Position numbers and translations under genes: made by a program. Positions 13,620 to 26,966 of a DNA stretch of 64,000 bases are shown one piece after another. Under the pieces are notes generated by a model, which was not told the origin of the DNA, ran no database searches, and saw only the letters and a list, made by a program, of their open reading frames with translations. The stretch covers positions 117,862,001 to 117,926,000 of the forward strand of contig OX597822.1 in assembly GCA_951406725.2 (NCBI GenBank), in the 5' to 3' direction. The DNA is from Octopus vulgaris. Taxonomy: Eukaryota. Every line of letters begins with the position of its first letter. Positions within the stretch are counted from its first letter, which is position 1.

Positions 13620-13917
13620 TACTAGAGCCGTCTGAAAAATTCATATGCTGGTCAAGATAGTTTCATGGAATGTGACCAAAATAAATTATTTTCCAGCATA
13701 GTCCACCTTGTGATCCACACATATTTTCCATCGACATTACATTGGTGAAGATGTTATCGTCCATCTTTGAAGAGCCCGACACCAGTTTGCCTGTAAAAAG
13801 ACACTGCAGTTATTAATAAGTTTGAAATTAATGCACGTAAGATTTCATAGCCCTACGGTGACTTCTGCATATTTACCTATGAACTTTTCACCCTAGCCCC
13901 TCACCCTAGCCCCTCGT
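13620..13917. mobile_element. Degenerate mariner-type MITE
   Basis: Ends resemble mariner TIRs (..ctgaaaaattcatatg / cctatgaacttttca..gcccctcgta) with TA flanks. Confidence 0.55.
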
Positions 13918-13928
13918 ATGTCCCTTTA

Positions 13929-13986
<58 letters not shown>

Positions 13987-14123
13987 GAAATGAGGTACTC
14001 AGAAATTCGGATGGTTTTATATTTACAGATATTTATTTGTATATTACATGTTTTTATACGTCATATAACTTAGATCATGTATTAGCGCTTTCTCCTATTC
14101 TAGTGGGGTTTTCAAATCGAACT

Positions 14124-14206
<83 letters not shown>

Positions 14207-15479
14207 TGTGTGGGCGGGGTGAATGTGTGTGTCTAATGAGGTTTTGAAATTATGAAACTGATACAGAATTAAGGTACTCCATCAAAACTATTTGGTATGA
14301 AAGGTTTGGTGAGAATAAAGCCTGTTCGAGCAGCGTAAGTCTGAACTGCGTTATTAAATACCTTCGTGTTTTATTCTACTTCGATGAACGCATAATCCTT
14401 AATTTTTCAATCTCTTTCGAATGTGATTTTGATCATGAATAATATCAATCATGTCATTGAATTTCCGTTAAAATGTTTGAGTGGCAGTCAATGTAAAACG
14501 GATTACACTCAAGATGTATGTTTTCACATGCATTGAGTCGATCGTTCAACAGAAATACCATTACAGAAGTGATATGGTTTTTAGTTTTCAAAATCCTACC
14601 AGTTGGAAATATCCTGCAAAGTAGTGACTATTTTGTCGAATTCCAAATAAGGAAAACCTTTTGCTTTTTTCGCGTTGAACTGAGTGAATAATCTATGCAT
14701 GCGTAAACATCAAATTGTTTTAGTTATCTATGCGTAGGGTTAGTGTGAACCGCCATGGGAATTGGTGAAGTCGCTGGGTCGGTGAGAAAGATTTCTGTCA
14801 CAAATTTGTGCTATGGGTTCAAATCATGATGGAGTTAACTTTGCATTTCATTCTTTCGGGGTCTGTAAGATGGACCAATATATTGTAACATATTAACAAA
14901 TTCCTACTGGGTCAGGAAAGATGACTTACCGTTTTGGTTCCGGCTCTTTCAGTTCTATCCGCAACGAGAGCGTTGACACTGGTGCCAAAACGTATCGGCC
15001 CATGCCAAGTGGGCAGTCTTTTCCTCAGTTAAATATCAGTTGAGGGGAAAAAGATGCGCATGCACTTGCAACTGCAAGTGTTCCTAAAAACCTAAAAATA
15101 AAAAATAAGAACAAGAATTCTTTTCCCCTGCTGCTCATAGATTTGCAGAGACATACAGAAACATAGTCAATGCCATCCTACAGATACCCAAGCACTAAGA
15201 ACAAGGTTAAATGTGATTTTCTCTTTCGTTTAATAGAACGGTGTCTGCATTTTACTATGCTAATTGCAACAAAGATCTAATAGCGCAGAATTGAAACAAT
15301 TACAGTTATTGGTTGTATTCACTCATGTTAAGGCAGGTTAGTCCAAATGATTGGACAAGGTGTAGCAGAGAAGTTATCCATATCGTCCACATTCATTAGT
15401 GTGATGCTGTTGAAGGTAAGCAAATGATAAAGGTGCATTTATGTAGCTTATGTTTTAACGTATCAAATCAGATACCATC

Positions 15480-15534
15480 ATGCTCTGGATCGGCCTCCAC
15501 CTTGTATTTGTTGTTGTGACGCTTATCGAGAATG
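15480..15534 (+). CDS. Possible signal-peptide-encoding first coding exon (MLWIGLHLVFVVVTLIEN, phase-1 donor)
   Basis: accatcATG, hydrophobic 18-aa run, G/gtgaac donor; upstream acceptor cag at 15471 and donor aag/gtaagc at 15416. Confidence 0.25.
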
Positions 15535-16039
15535 GTGAACATTGAAGCTTTTTCTGTCGCATTTTGTGTGTGTGGGGGAGGGGGTTGTATGAGTGAGTAG
15601 ACAAAAGAAAGAAAGGCCACTCGACACATTTATTTGGAGTTACATGCATTGTTCAAAATAGTTTGATTCGGATTCCGTGCTACTTCAAATCTTGAAGCCC
15701 GCAACGGACTCCGTCTTCTACTTCAACTCCGACGCTAACCACTCTTCTGAATAAGACAATCGGATAACATCTCTACAAAGGAAGGTTAGATATTCATTTC
15801 TTCTCTTGTAACCATTGCGCTGTCTTACCCACCCACCTCTCAACACATTCAGTCTCCCTTTCGCGGAGACCTGTGTCTCTCAGCAATTCTTCCAGCCTCT
15901 CGCACTACCTTATATGGCATGCAGTTATTGGTGACATAAATTACCAGAGCTTCTAAAGTGAATAGCAACAACAAGGATCATACAAGTCTTGGGGACATAC
16001 AAATTGCTCCATGCACACTGCTACGACTACTGTCGATTC

Positions 16040-16605
16040 TTCCTTCCTTCCCTCCTTCCTTCCTTCATTTCTTTCTTTCTTTCTCTTTTTTTAATTCTTC
16101 TTTTCCTTTTTTCCTCCTCCTCCCCTTCCTCATCTTCGTTTCTTTTCCCTTTTCTTCTTCTCGTCCTCTTTCTTCTTCATTTCTGTTTCTTTTTCTCTTT
16201 TCCTCCTTTTTCTCTTCCTCTCTCTCTTCATACACTTGCCTCCTTTTCCGCTCTTCCACCCATGCGTCAATCCTCTCCTCCCTTCCACCTCTCGCCCCTC
16301 TTTCTCTTCTTCTTCACTTCCTCCCCCTCCGCTTTCTCCTCCACTCTTTCACTCCCCCCCTTTTTCTCCTCCTCCCCTCATACTCCTCCTTCCCTCATTC
16401 TCCTCCTCCCTCCCTTCATTCTCCTCCTCCTCCCTTCATTCTCCTCTTCCTCCCCTAATTCTCCTCCTCCTCCCCTCATTCTCCTCCCCCTCCCCTCATA
16501 CTTCTCCTCCCCTCATTCTCCCCCATTCTCCTCCCCTCCCCTCATTCTCCCCCCCCCCTCCCATCCCCTCCTCCTCCTGCCCCTCCTTCTCCTCCTCCAC
16601 CTCTA
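16040..16605. repeat. Polypyrimidine/polypurine low-complexity tract with cctcattctcct units
   Basis: Directly visible C/T-rich strand. Confidence 0.92.
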
Positions 16606-17364
16606 GCAAATCTATCAAAAACAGCGAAAAGAAACGCACGAGACGACCAGATGGAGTTGCGTCATTTCATTAGTCAGTATCAGATTGATTACATAATTAC
16701 AAGACTAATGATTTGAACATTAATTTACATATACGTATGCATATATAAGTGTTTGCGTGTTAGTGTGTGTGTGTTAATGTGTGTGTGTGTGTATTTATAT
16801 TTATATGTATGTATACACACACAGACACGCTGCAAAACTATTAATAAATAACAATTACTGTGCGTGAACGAACGATTATGAATTTCATGATTTGCTCTTC
16901 GAATAATTTATTTCACAACATCTTCTAATTATAATGTATATTATACACATACATCTATATACATACACGCATACATGCGTATATGCGTTCATACGCGTAC
17001 ACATGCGACTGATTATGAAATGATGAATAGTTTTTCAAATACTTTGTTTCACGATTTTCCCGAAGCTAATGAGTTAAACACACACACACACGCGCGCATA
17101 CACACGTATGTATATATGTATACTTAATGTAAATGTTATATATGTATACGTAATGTAAATATATACATTGTGTATGTGTGTGTGTGTGTGTGTGAGTGTG
17201 TGTGTGTTTGTCTAGAAATATGATTGAATTAACATCCGGTATTATATAGATAAGGTCAAACAACGCACTGAACTCTCCGGTTATCACACCCCTTTGTAAC
17301 TAACACTAAATCTCCATTTTTATCTGAGCAAAAATGCACGGTTTTGGTTCTTTAAACATTTGAA

Positions 17365-17607
17365 ACGGTGTTTCTCAAACATCTTTTGCCTTTTAACCCT
17401 CATGAATCCTATTTTGCCCTCTTCGACCTCTATAGCCATTCAATGAATATGTAAAAAAACGATCCTGCTGTATTTTTATAATAAAATATTATTAGGAATT
17501 ATTTTTAAAATATTAAAGTAATTTGTGTAACAAGGAAACATAAGCAATTTGTTGCACGTATATTTTAACAACAAAATCTGATATGGACTCTGGTTGCGAA
17601 CCGCAGC
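17365..17607. mobile_element. Degenerate hAT-like MITE (CAGTGGTTCTCAAC-type ends)
   Basis: Internal similarity to 25780-26137, 46528-47220 and 52577-52800; ends gtgtttctcaaac / ggttgcgaaccgc. Confidence 0.6.
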
Positions 17608-18038
17608 TTTTAACGAGCCACAGATTTTTCTTTGACATAGGACTAATTTTATAAATTTTATATATTTTATTATATTATATATTCTATATATTTTATATTA
17701 TATAATATTATTTATTTTATATATTTTACTATATTATGTATTCTATATATTTTATAATATATAATATTATTTAGTTTATATATTTTATATATTTTTATAT
17801 ATTGGCGACAGAGGCAGTATTAATACTGAGAGGTAATATTTATCTTTAACATGGAGCTTCCATTAAAACAAACGAAAGTGTATTTTGCATCAAAAGACCA
17901 ATATCTGAGTTGCTCTCACAGTAACTACCGTAGTATATTGTTGAAATAGAACATCCAGGTTTAAGTGGGCAGAAATATTACCTCTTAGGACGAATATAAT
18001 CTTGCTTTCTTTAGTGAGAGTTGCCTCTGACAAGCGAT

Positions 18039-18430
18039 TTTTGGTTGGAAGCACTCCGTCGGTTACGACGATGAGGGTTCCGGTTGATCCGAATCAACGG
18101 AACAGCCTGCTCGTGAAATTAACGTGTAAGTGGCTGAACACTCCACAGACACGTGTACCCTTAACGTAGTTCTCGGGGATATTCAGCGTGACACAGAGAG
18201 TGACAAGGCCGGCCCCTTGAAATACAGGTACAACAGAAACAGGAAGTAAGAGTGAGAGAAAGTTGTGGTGAAAGAGTACAGCAGTGATCACCACCATCCC
18301 CTGCCGGAACCTCGTGGAGCTTTTAGGTGTTTTCGCTCAATAAACACTCACAATGCCCGGTCTGGGAATCGAAACCGCGATCCTATGACCGCGAGTCCGC
18401 TGCCCTAACCACTGGGCTATTGCGCCTCCA
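18039..18430 (-). mobile_element. tRNA(Arg)-headed SINE with a third type of 3' module, full length
   Basis: Same head as 9521; 14-bp TSD ctctgacaagcgat at 18025-18038 and 18431-18444. Confidence 0.93.
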
Positions 18431-18679
18431 CTCTGACAAGCGATACCCAAGTACGAGACGGCAAAGGAGCCAGCACTATAATTTTAATCTATGTTGATTG
18501 GTTCAAAATTTCATCTTTCTAATTACATATGTCATTTCTGTTTTGAAAGTTTGAGGAATTATTTCGGTTAGGTTATGTAATGAGGGGTCACATAGTAATT
18601 GTATTTCAGAACAGTGAACTTTTCAGTTGTTAATTTCCACTTTCCCATTGAATGCATGCTAGCATCCAATCATACACAT

Positions 18680-18728
<49 letters not shown>

Positions 18729-18963
18729 AACACACATACAAACACACACGTACGCACACATACACAAACACACATATCTATACATAGTATATGTGTCTAT
18801 GGCTATGTAAATATTACCGTCATCCACTGTATGCTGTATATACATCCATGTATACGTTTATAACATATATGTACATATATATACATATGTACATATGCAC
18901 AGATATATATGCACGCGCACACACACACACATATATATATATATATGTACATATATATACATG

Positions 18964-19028
<65 letters not shown>

Positions 19029-19150
19029 GAGTGTATTTTTACCTTGTTAACAATTAACACGGAAAAAAAATAGTTACATGTGTCGAAAGTAAAAATATTT
19101 GATTACACCTGCGTTAACTCCATTTTTATTCATATACATATATGTATATG

Positions 19151-19233
<83 letters not shown>

Positions 19234-19380
19234 ATTTGTGTGTGTGCATATATACATCACTACATCGTTGTATGAGTATGTGTTGATATATATGCATACA
19301 TAAATACATAAACTCATGTACATACATGTCTTTCATTTTTCCCGTCCGCGCTTCGCTTTTCTTTGTCTTTCTCTTATATA

Positions 19381-20244
19381 CGAGGTCTGATCAATAAGCG
19401 TCTGGACTGTTGCTATAGTAACGAAGCTATAGCACGCAGAGTAAAGCCGCTTGGCACAGACTGACCTTAACCTTTGCTGTGCATGCGCACTAAGTTTTAA
19501 CATTTTAGCTCATTTCCTCTGTTTACGGGAGTGATTGGAAGGAAGGTGTGAAACGTGTGGCCGTTGCATGACAGAGAAAGTTGCCATTGCGAAACGCGCT
19601 GAGGTCAACGCAAAGCTGTAGAAAGTATATGGAGAGGAGCGTATAAGCCGCACACAAGTGCACGAGTGGTCCAGACGTTTTCAAGATGGCAGAAAAAATG
19701 TCGATATTGACGAACGTTCTGGGAGACCCACAACCAGCAGAATTGAGAAAAACATCACAGATGTGCTTGCAGCTGCGAGGAGAAATCGTCGAATCATCGT
19801 CTGTGAGTTATGAGATGAGGTGCAAATTAGTTACGGTTCAGTTCAGTTCCATATAACTGAAGATTTGGGTATGAGACGCGTGTCTGCCAAGTTTGTGCCA
19901 AAACTGCTTTCAGCTGTTCAAAAAGACACTCGGGTTCCAGTTGCACAAGATGTACTTGATTGTATCGAGAAGGATGACAACTTTTTGAAGAATTGGCGTC
20001 GGCCTCTGAGCAGGTATATCAAAGCTTTTGGCAAAATTTGATGCAGATTCTCCGCTCAACTTCCTCTGTCATGACCAATGCGACGAACACACGCTACACA
20101 CCTTCCTTCCAAGCACTGCTGTAAACAACGGATTGTGTGCATATATAGCAGAGTTCAAGGTCAATCTGTGCCACGCGGCTTTGCTCTGCGTGCTTTAGCT
20201 TCGTTACTAAGGCAACAGACCGGATAATTATTGATCAGACCTCG
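19381..20244 (+). mobile_element. Non-autonomous mariner derivative with long inverted ends and a decayed transposase N-terminus
   Basis: TIR cgaggtctgatcaataa / ttattgatcagacctcg, TA flanks; translation VYGEE..SRTQVHEW..RFQDGR..D.ERSGRP..LGMRRVSAKFVPKLL (HTH plus WVPHEL-like motif); no DDD domain. Confidence 0.92.
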
Positions 20245-21112
20245 TATAACTGTTTTTACATCTATATTTTAAAGAAAAAGAAAATGAGAGATTGAGAAAG
20301 TGATGGTGAGAAACAGAGGCAGAGATATGAGAAACAGAGAGAAGGTGAAGAAAGAAGAGTGAGGGAGAGAGAGAGAAAGAGAAGAAGAAAATCATTACTG
20401 ATAGTGTAATTTAATTTGTAGACAATCAGCGTTTATCTTTACATGTGTATTTTCTGTAATCTGTACGTGCGTAAGCTCTTGCACTAATTTAAAACGAAAA
20501 TTATATTTAAATATTATTTTGCCTCAGGTTCTAATAATTTATTTCAATCACTGAACGATATGTGAACCTGGATGCCCTGCTCGCAAGTTGGCAATTTAAA
20601 CAAACGGAATTCTTAAAATTGGAATGCAAATAAATACAAGTGAAATGGATAATTAATTTTACATTTAAGGCATTAAATTTTAGTTAATGGATATTCAAAA
20701 TATGTACTTTACTAATCTTAATTTACTCATTGTTATTTGCTTGTAATTGTTACTGATAAAACATAGAAAATATTTTATTTAATTTCATATATCGTTGTGA
20801 CCTCATGTACACGGTCTGCAATTTCCTTCGAGTTACAATAGGCAGTATTAACTTTAATTCTTGGTAATTCAACAGAAGTATTAAATAGAAGTATTAAATA
20901 GAGCCATAGAGTTGTCATAACGCTGTGAGCAATAGGCTATGTGAGGCGAAGGCATAACGAACAAGCGAAACGCTATATTACGTGAGCGAAACTACTAAGC
21001 TATAATTTTAATTGATTTTGGTATTAATTGTATGATTAATTGAAAACACAAAAGCAAAAGATAAATTAAAGCTAGAGCAATGCTAACAGGTCGTGTAGTG
21101 ATGGCATATATG

Positions 21113-21168
<56 letters not shown>

Positions 21169-21239
21169 AATAGTAATGCAATACGAAAGTATTGCTTTCC
21201 AGTAAATATCGGTACTTCGTTGTACCATTTATTTGCTTT

Positions 21240-21276
<37 letters not shown>

Positions 21277-21307
21277 TCAAAATAAGTAACGAGGATATCC
21301 AAGGTTG

Positions 21308-21395
21308 TGTAGTACAATCGTTTCCTGCTACTTTATTTTATTAAACAATGTAAGTATTACATCAGTTTTAAAATATAAAGCAATCTTCAGCCACA
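21308..21395 (-). ncRNA. Type-I hammerhead motif with long stem II, family H3
   Basis: Minus strand: tgtgg-CTGAAGA-long hairpin-GAAAC-gatt-GTA-ctaca; about 35 nt further on it ends in (TA)n. Confidence 0.7.
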
Positions 21396-22069
21396 TATAG
21401 AATTTTTAAATTTTATTTTATACACATACACACACACACAAACATATATATTATGAGTATGTGTGTGTTCGTTTTATGTATAACTCCAAGACGCTTGGCT
21501 ACTGCAGATAAGTTTGGATAATTGTCGTCCTGATTACGCCTTCTGGGGCAGAGGCACGTTTTTACGGCTGCCCTTTAGATCTCCAGACAATAAATCATTT
21601 CTTTTCCCTAATGGCATGTCAACACTGGAGACATTCTTTATCCCTGGAATTTTCTCCTCTTCCCATGTAGAACCGATAACCTTAATTGCCATTTTGTAAA
21701 TTATAACACTGCATCCCCCCCACCCCGAGCTGAAGACCATTTTTAATAAACCACGCATGCATACTGTATGATATTTGCTATGCATGTATTTGTCCATTTA
21801 CATATACGTATATACAAAACATGATGGTTTAGTCCACAGGTGATCTAAACAACTAGGTACGCTAGGTAACTATCAGGACTTTAACCGACCTGGATTTACG
21901 CAGCAAAGCACCTCAGGATTTATGGACTTATTTCAACAATATCGGCGAGTTGAACTGTGAAACTTTATGCATCTTTCTTCTTCTTCTCTTCCTTCATCTC
22001 CTTATTCCTTTACCCCTGTCCTCTATGTCATCATTTCATTAATCTATACCCTTCTCATTTTTCCCTATT

Positions 22070-22127
22070 TGTACCCGATGACGGAATATCCCATACTCTG
22101 GGATATCCCAGAAACAGCTGTAAGACT
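22070..22127 (+). ncRNA. Hammerhead-like motif (CCGAUGA core variant)
   Basis: CCGATGA-c-ggaatatccca tactc tgggatatcc-ca-GAAAC-agct-GTA; palindromic acagctgt stem III; stem I imperfect. Confidence 0.55.
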
Positions 22128-22192
22128 TTGGATCTTTTATTTTTCCAATAATAAGAATGTTTATGACTTGGGATGTCTTCCCTGCCTTAACG

Positions 22193-22598
22193 TTTACTCT
22201 TTTACTTGTTTCAGTCATCTGACTGTGGCCATGCTGGAGCACCGCCTTTAGTCGAGCAAATCGACTCCAGGACTTATTCTTTGTAAGCCTAGTACTTATT
22301 CTATCGGTCTCTTTTGCCGAACCGCTAAGTTACGGAGACGTATACACACCAGCATCGGTTGTTAAGCGATGTTGGGGGCGTCAAACATCGACACACAAAC
22401 ATATACACACACACATACACATATATATATACATATATACGACAGGCTTCTTTCAGTTTCCGTCTACCAAGTCCACTCACAAGGCTTTGGTCGGCCCGGG
22501 GCTATAGTAGAAGACACTTGCCCAAGGTGCCACGCAGTGGGACTGAACCCGGTACCATATGGTTCGTAAGCAAGCTACTTACCACACAGCCACTCCTA
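22193..22598 (-). mobile_element. SINE family A, near full length
   Basis: Reverse complement of 6165-6582. Confidence 0.92.
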
Positions 22599-22939
22599 CT
22601 CCTCTTTAACAATTATATACGTGTATATATATATATATAAATACCCCTCCAACTCTCACACACAGACACATATAATGTTTGTGTATGCATATAATTATTG
22701 CTTGTCAGGGATTTAGGAATGTAGTTACACGATTACGTCATCTGTCCCCAGCGGGTGCCTTGTTGAAGTGTTTTATGTGTTCATCGAACAATTAAGCTCT
22801 TCGGGACACAGAGACTAATTTTTTGCGTTCTGAAGCATTTTCTTCCCTTTCAGAAGCATAATACGTTAAGATTTATTACTTAGTGATACTATATAAACTT
22901 CAAGCTTCAAGTAAAATATACATTTAGTACTGCTTACAC

Positions 22940-23250
22940 ATCTGAAACAAACATGTTGCTACACTGCAAGCTTTCTTGACCGTATTAAAGAAACGTCGTA
23001 AAGCTCTAACCGATCAACAATAACGCTGAATTCGGTAGACGTCTACAAAAATATTTCTCTCACATCATGAACGACGCTCCTACAGCAAACACAGATATCC
23101 TGGATAACATTAAGAAAAGGGGCCTACTGGCCTGAACTCACTCACAGACACGCTCCGGCCTCTGTGACCCAAAGGTGTCCTATCACATCTTTCTAACATT
23201 TCTACCGTACTACAATGGCCTCTGCTCTTCATAAAAGCTCTCTCTACTCA
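22940..23250 (+). mobile_element. Highly decayed CR1/L2-group LINE 3' remnant
   Basis: ttctaccgtactacaatggcctctgctct translates FYRYYNGLCS, like the LSLFYRYY.G.CS.EL C-terminal motif. Confidence 0.45.
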
Positions 23251-23258
23251 TTATTAGT

Positions 23259-23481
23259 TCTTTACTACCCACAAGGAGCTACATAGAGAGGGGACAAACA
23301 AGGACAGACACAGATTAAGTCGATTACATCGATCCCAGTGCGTAACTGGTACTTAATTTATCGACCCCGAAAGGATGAAAGGCAAAGTCGACCACGGCAG
23401 AATTTGAACTCACAACGTAACGACAGACGAAATACGGCTAAGCATTTCGCCCGGCGTGCTAACGCTCCTGCCAACTCGCCA
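23259..23481 (-). mobile_element. SINE family B, full length
   Basis: Reverse complement of 55910-56140. Confidence 0.92.
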
Positions 23482-23984
23482 TCTCGCCACCTCTCTGCTC
23501 ATTCTATCTACACTCAACCATTCCTGAGCGACTTGATGCTTCTCCTCTCATCACCGTTGCAGTTTCTAATTCCCCAGGATTATTTATTTATTTATTCATG
23601 ACACCTTTGAATATTTCTCGGCTAATTTCTGTTGAAACGTTTGTTGAGTAATCAAGCCCACCTTTTATTTTTCATTAAATCTATTCGTTTATTCCTCTTT
23701 CTCTGAAATGATCGCGATATAAATCTAAAATGCCACTTTAATCCGCCACGAAATTCCATGGTAATTACACTTTCAGTAGGAGAAGATATTTTTCTGTCTC
23801 CTTTCCTTCAATCAATGTCTAATATAAAGTGTGTGTGTGTCTGTGTAGCTAATAGAGTACTATTGACATATATGTGTGAGTGTATTTGTGCATAATATGT
23901 ATATATACACTATATACATGCATATATATATATGTCTATATATGGGCATGTGTGTGTATGTATGTATGTATGTATATATGTATA

Positions 23985-24688
23985 TAACGGGAAGCTTTAT
24001 GAAAATAAACAAAAGACGAAGGCAGGTGGAGTACAAACAAACAATTGTATTAGTATGGCGCTCAGGAATAGAAATAGAACAAGTCTTTTACATTTCGAGC
24101 CTACGCTCTTCGACAGAAAGATACACAGAGAAGAAACACGGAGAGAAACAAGGAGAGAAAAAATGCGTGCAGAAGCTAGCGATTCAACATTAGAGAAAAA
24201 CTACTATTAAACAATTCAATACAGAAAGATGTTATTCACACCATACAGAAAACATATATTATGAAAATAAACCTTATTTTAAATCAATAAAGTATAATAA
24301 ATATTAAACAGCAGTAAAAACAGTAGCATATGTTTTCTGTATGATGTGAATAACATCTTTCTGTATTGAATTGTTTAATAGTAGTTTTTCTCTAAATTAT
24401 ATACATATATTATATATTGTGAAATTTGATTTAGAATTGCTAAATTAAATTTTTCCTTGTAAGTTTGGAATTATATTCCCTATTATGTTGATTCGCTAGC
24501 TTCTGCACGCATTTTTTTCTCTCCTTGTTTCTTACCGTGTTTCTTTTCTGTGTATCTTTCTGTTGAAGAGCGTAGGCTCGAAACATAAAAGACTTGTTTT
24601 ATTTATATTCCTGAGCGTCATACTAATACAATTGTTTGTTTGTATTCCACCTGCCTTCGTCTTTTGTTTATTTTCATAAAGCTTCCCG

Positions 24689-24692
<4 letters not shown>
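23985..24692. mobile_element. About 700-bp nested palindrome with two H1 hammerhead-like motifs on opposite strands, embedded in (TA)n
   Basis: Outer arms about 23985-24190 and 24485-24692, inner arms about 24190-24258 and 24328-24395; motifs at 24084-24121 (-) and 24555-24592 (+). Confidence 0.88.
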
Positions 24693-24725
<33 letters not shown>

Positions 24726-24785
24726 CATGTACATATTTGTATATATATATATATATATATATAGATAGATATATATGCTTGTAGT

Positions 24786-24995
24786 CTTTATTCTTTTACT
24801 TGTTTCAGTCATTTGACTGCGGCCAAGCTGGAGCACCGCCTTTAGTCGAACAAAAATCCACCCCAAAACTTATTCTTTGGAAGACTAGTAGTTTTTCTAT
24901 CGGTCTCTTTTGCTGTAAATATACCAGCATCGGCTGTCAAGCCATGGTGGGAGGGACAAACACTGACATACAAATACACACATACACGCAGAGAC
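24786..24995 (-). mobile_element. SINE family A, 3' half
   Basis: tgtttcagtcatttgactgcggcca.gctggagcaccgcc. Confidence 0.85.
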
Positions 24996-25242
24996 ATGTA
25001 TATATATATATATATATACACATTCGCATTGGTCAAGCGTAATGATCAGTATGAGATTAATTCCTACGGCTGCCCGCGCTCCCTTTCCGACAACAAGCCT
25101 CGCCTCTGAAATGCCCTCCCTACTCGTATCTCCCCTAAAGGTGTTGACATACAAAGATGCACGGGTTCAGATTAAAGAAATCAATCACACCGATCTATTT
25201 TTAAAAACATTCGAATTTGGATATCGATTGAATGACATACTC

Positions 25243-25642
25243 TTTTCTACTCTAGGTACAAGGACCGAAATTTGTGGGAGGGGGGGGGCCAGTCGATTAG
25301 ATCGATCCCAATACGCAACTGATACTTAATTTATTGACCCCGAAAGGATGAAAGGCAAAGTCGGCCCCGGTGGAATTTGACATAAGAACGTAAAAAGTGA
25401 CGAAATACCTATTTCTTTACTACCTACAAGGGGCTAAACATAGAGGGGACAAACAAGGACAGACAAAAGGATTAAGTCGATTACATCGACCCCAGTGCGT
25501 AACTGGTACTTATTTAATGGACCCCGAACGGATGAAAGGCAAAGTCGACCTCAGCGGAATTTGAACTCAAAACGTAGCGGCAGACGAAATACGGCTACGC
25601 ATTTCACCAGGCGTGCTAACGTTTCTGCCAGCTCGCCGCCTT
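25243..25642 (-). mobile_element. Two adjacent SINE family B copies with different 3' tails
   Basis: The gaccccga..ggatgaaaggcaaagtcg block occurs twice (about 25336 and 25520). Confidence 0.88.
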
Positions 25643-25779
25643 AATATTGAATGTCATATTGACTAGATAGTCACGGCCGGATGGAAACACCTCTATGATA
25701 TTTCCTGTTATAATGTTTAATGAAAACACAGGTGAAAAAAAAAAAGAAAAAAGGTAGGGCGCCACTTTGAAGGGTTGAG

Positions 25780-26137
25780 TCTAGTTGTTTTCAACTGGGG
25801 GTCTGTATGGCCCCTGAGACTCCATAAAAGACTTTTGCTGATCTACGTTAGAAAATAATAAATTGGAGATCCACAATAGTATTTTAAGAGCCCCTGAAAA
25901 TGGATTCATCTGTGCATTGGTATGTATTGGAAGAAACAGCTAGGTTTCTTTCTCTAACATTGTACACAGTTGAAACTACACAAGTTATTGCGTAAAATAC
26001 AAAATAGGAATTTTGAAAGAAGTTTCAATAAAACTAGTTTTATAGACATCATATGACTATGGGGATCTACCAGAATATAATAGTAATCAAAGGGGTCCAT
26101 AGATAAAACAAAAAAAAAACATGTCTGGGAACTCCTG
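25780..26137. mobile_element. Degenerate hAT-like MITE
   Basis: Ends ..gttgttttcaactgggg / ctgggaactcctg; internal similarity to 52577-52800. Confidence 0.55.
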
Positions 26138-26307
26138 GTTTAGTCAATCAAATCGCCCTTAGTAATTAATTTTTAAGATAATTACTGATAGGTCTCTTTT
26201 GGGGAACAACTAAAATGTGGTTATGTAAAGAAATCAGCACCAGCTTTCAAAGCAGGGTGGGGCAAGCACAAACACGCGCACGGTTACGCGTGCGCACGCA
26301 CACACAT

Positions 26308-26360
<53 letters not shown>

Positions 26361-26539
26361 CCAGGCTTATACACAATCTGTTTTCCGAATTCACGCACAA
26401 AGCATGGGACGACCTGGAGCTATAATAGAATAAAAATCTTGATCAAACCGCCGCGCAGTGAGACTGAAGCCGAAGCCACAAGGTCGAAGTGTGAACTTCT
26501 TAAGTACAGTCATACGATGGGAAATTCTTGAACTCATTT

Positions 26540-26726
26540 TTTTTTTACTTATTTCAGACATTTGACTGTGGCCATGCTGGAGCACCGCCTTTAGTCGAGC
26601 AAATTGTCCCCATTACTTATTCTTTCTAGTATTTATTCTATCGGTCTCTTTTGCCGTAACGCTAAGTTACGGGGACGTAAACACACCACCATCGGTTGTC
26701 AAGCGATGTTGGGGGGGGGACAAACA

Positions 26727-26800
<74 letters not shown>

Positions 26801-26966
26801 TACGACGGGCTTCTTTCAGTTTCCATCTACCAAATCCACTCACAAGGCTTTGGGCGGCCCGAGGCTATAGTAGAAGACACTTGCTCAAGGTGCCAGTTGA
26901 TCAAGACTGAACCCGGAACCATGTGGTTGGTAAGCAAGCTACTTACTACACAGCCACTTCTGCGCC
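26540..26966 (-). mobile_element. SINE family A, full length (an older degenerate copy lies at about 26140-26520)
   Basis: Similarity to other family A copies. Confidence 0.9.

Noticed and set aside
15003-15072. Imperfect hairpin of pre-miRNA size
   Set aside because: Many bulges and no recognisable mature miRNA; cannot be supported without small-RNA data.
21534-21690. Minus-strand ORF MAIKVIGSTWEEEKIPG..
   Set aside because: Short, no recognisable domain or splice context, and lies among repeat fragments.
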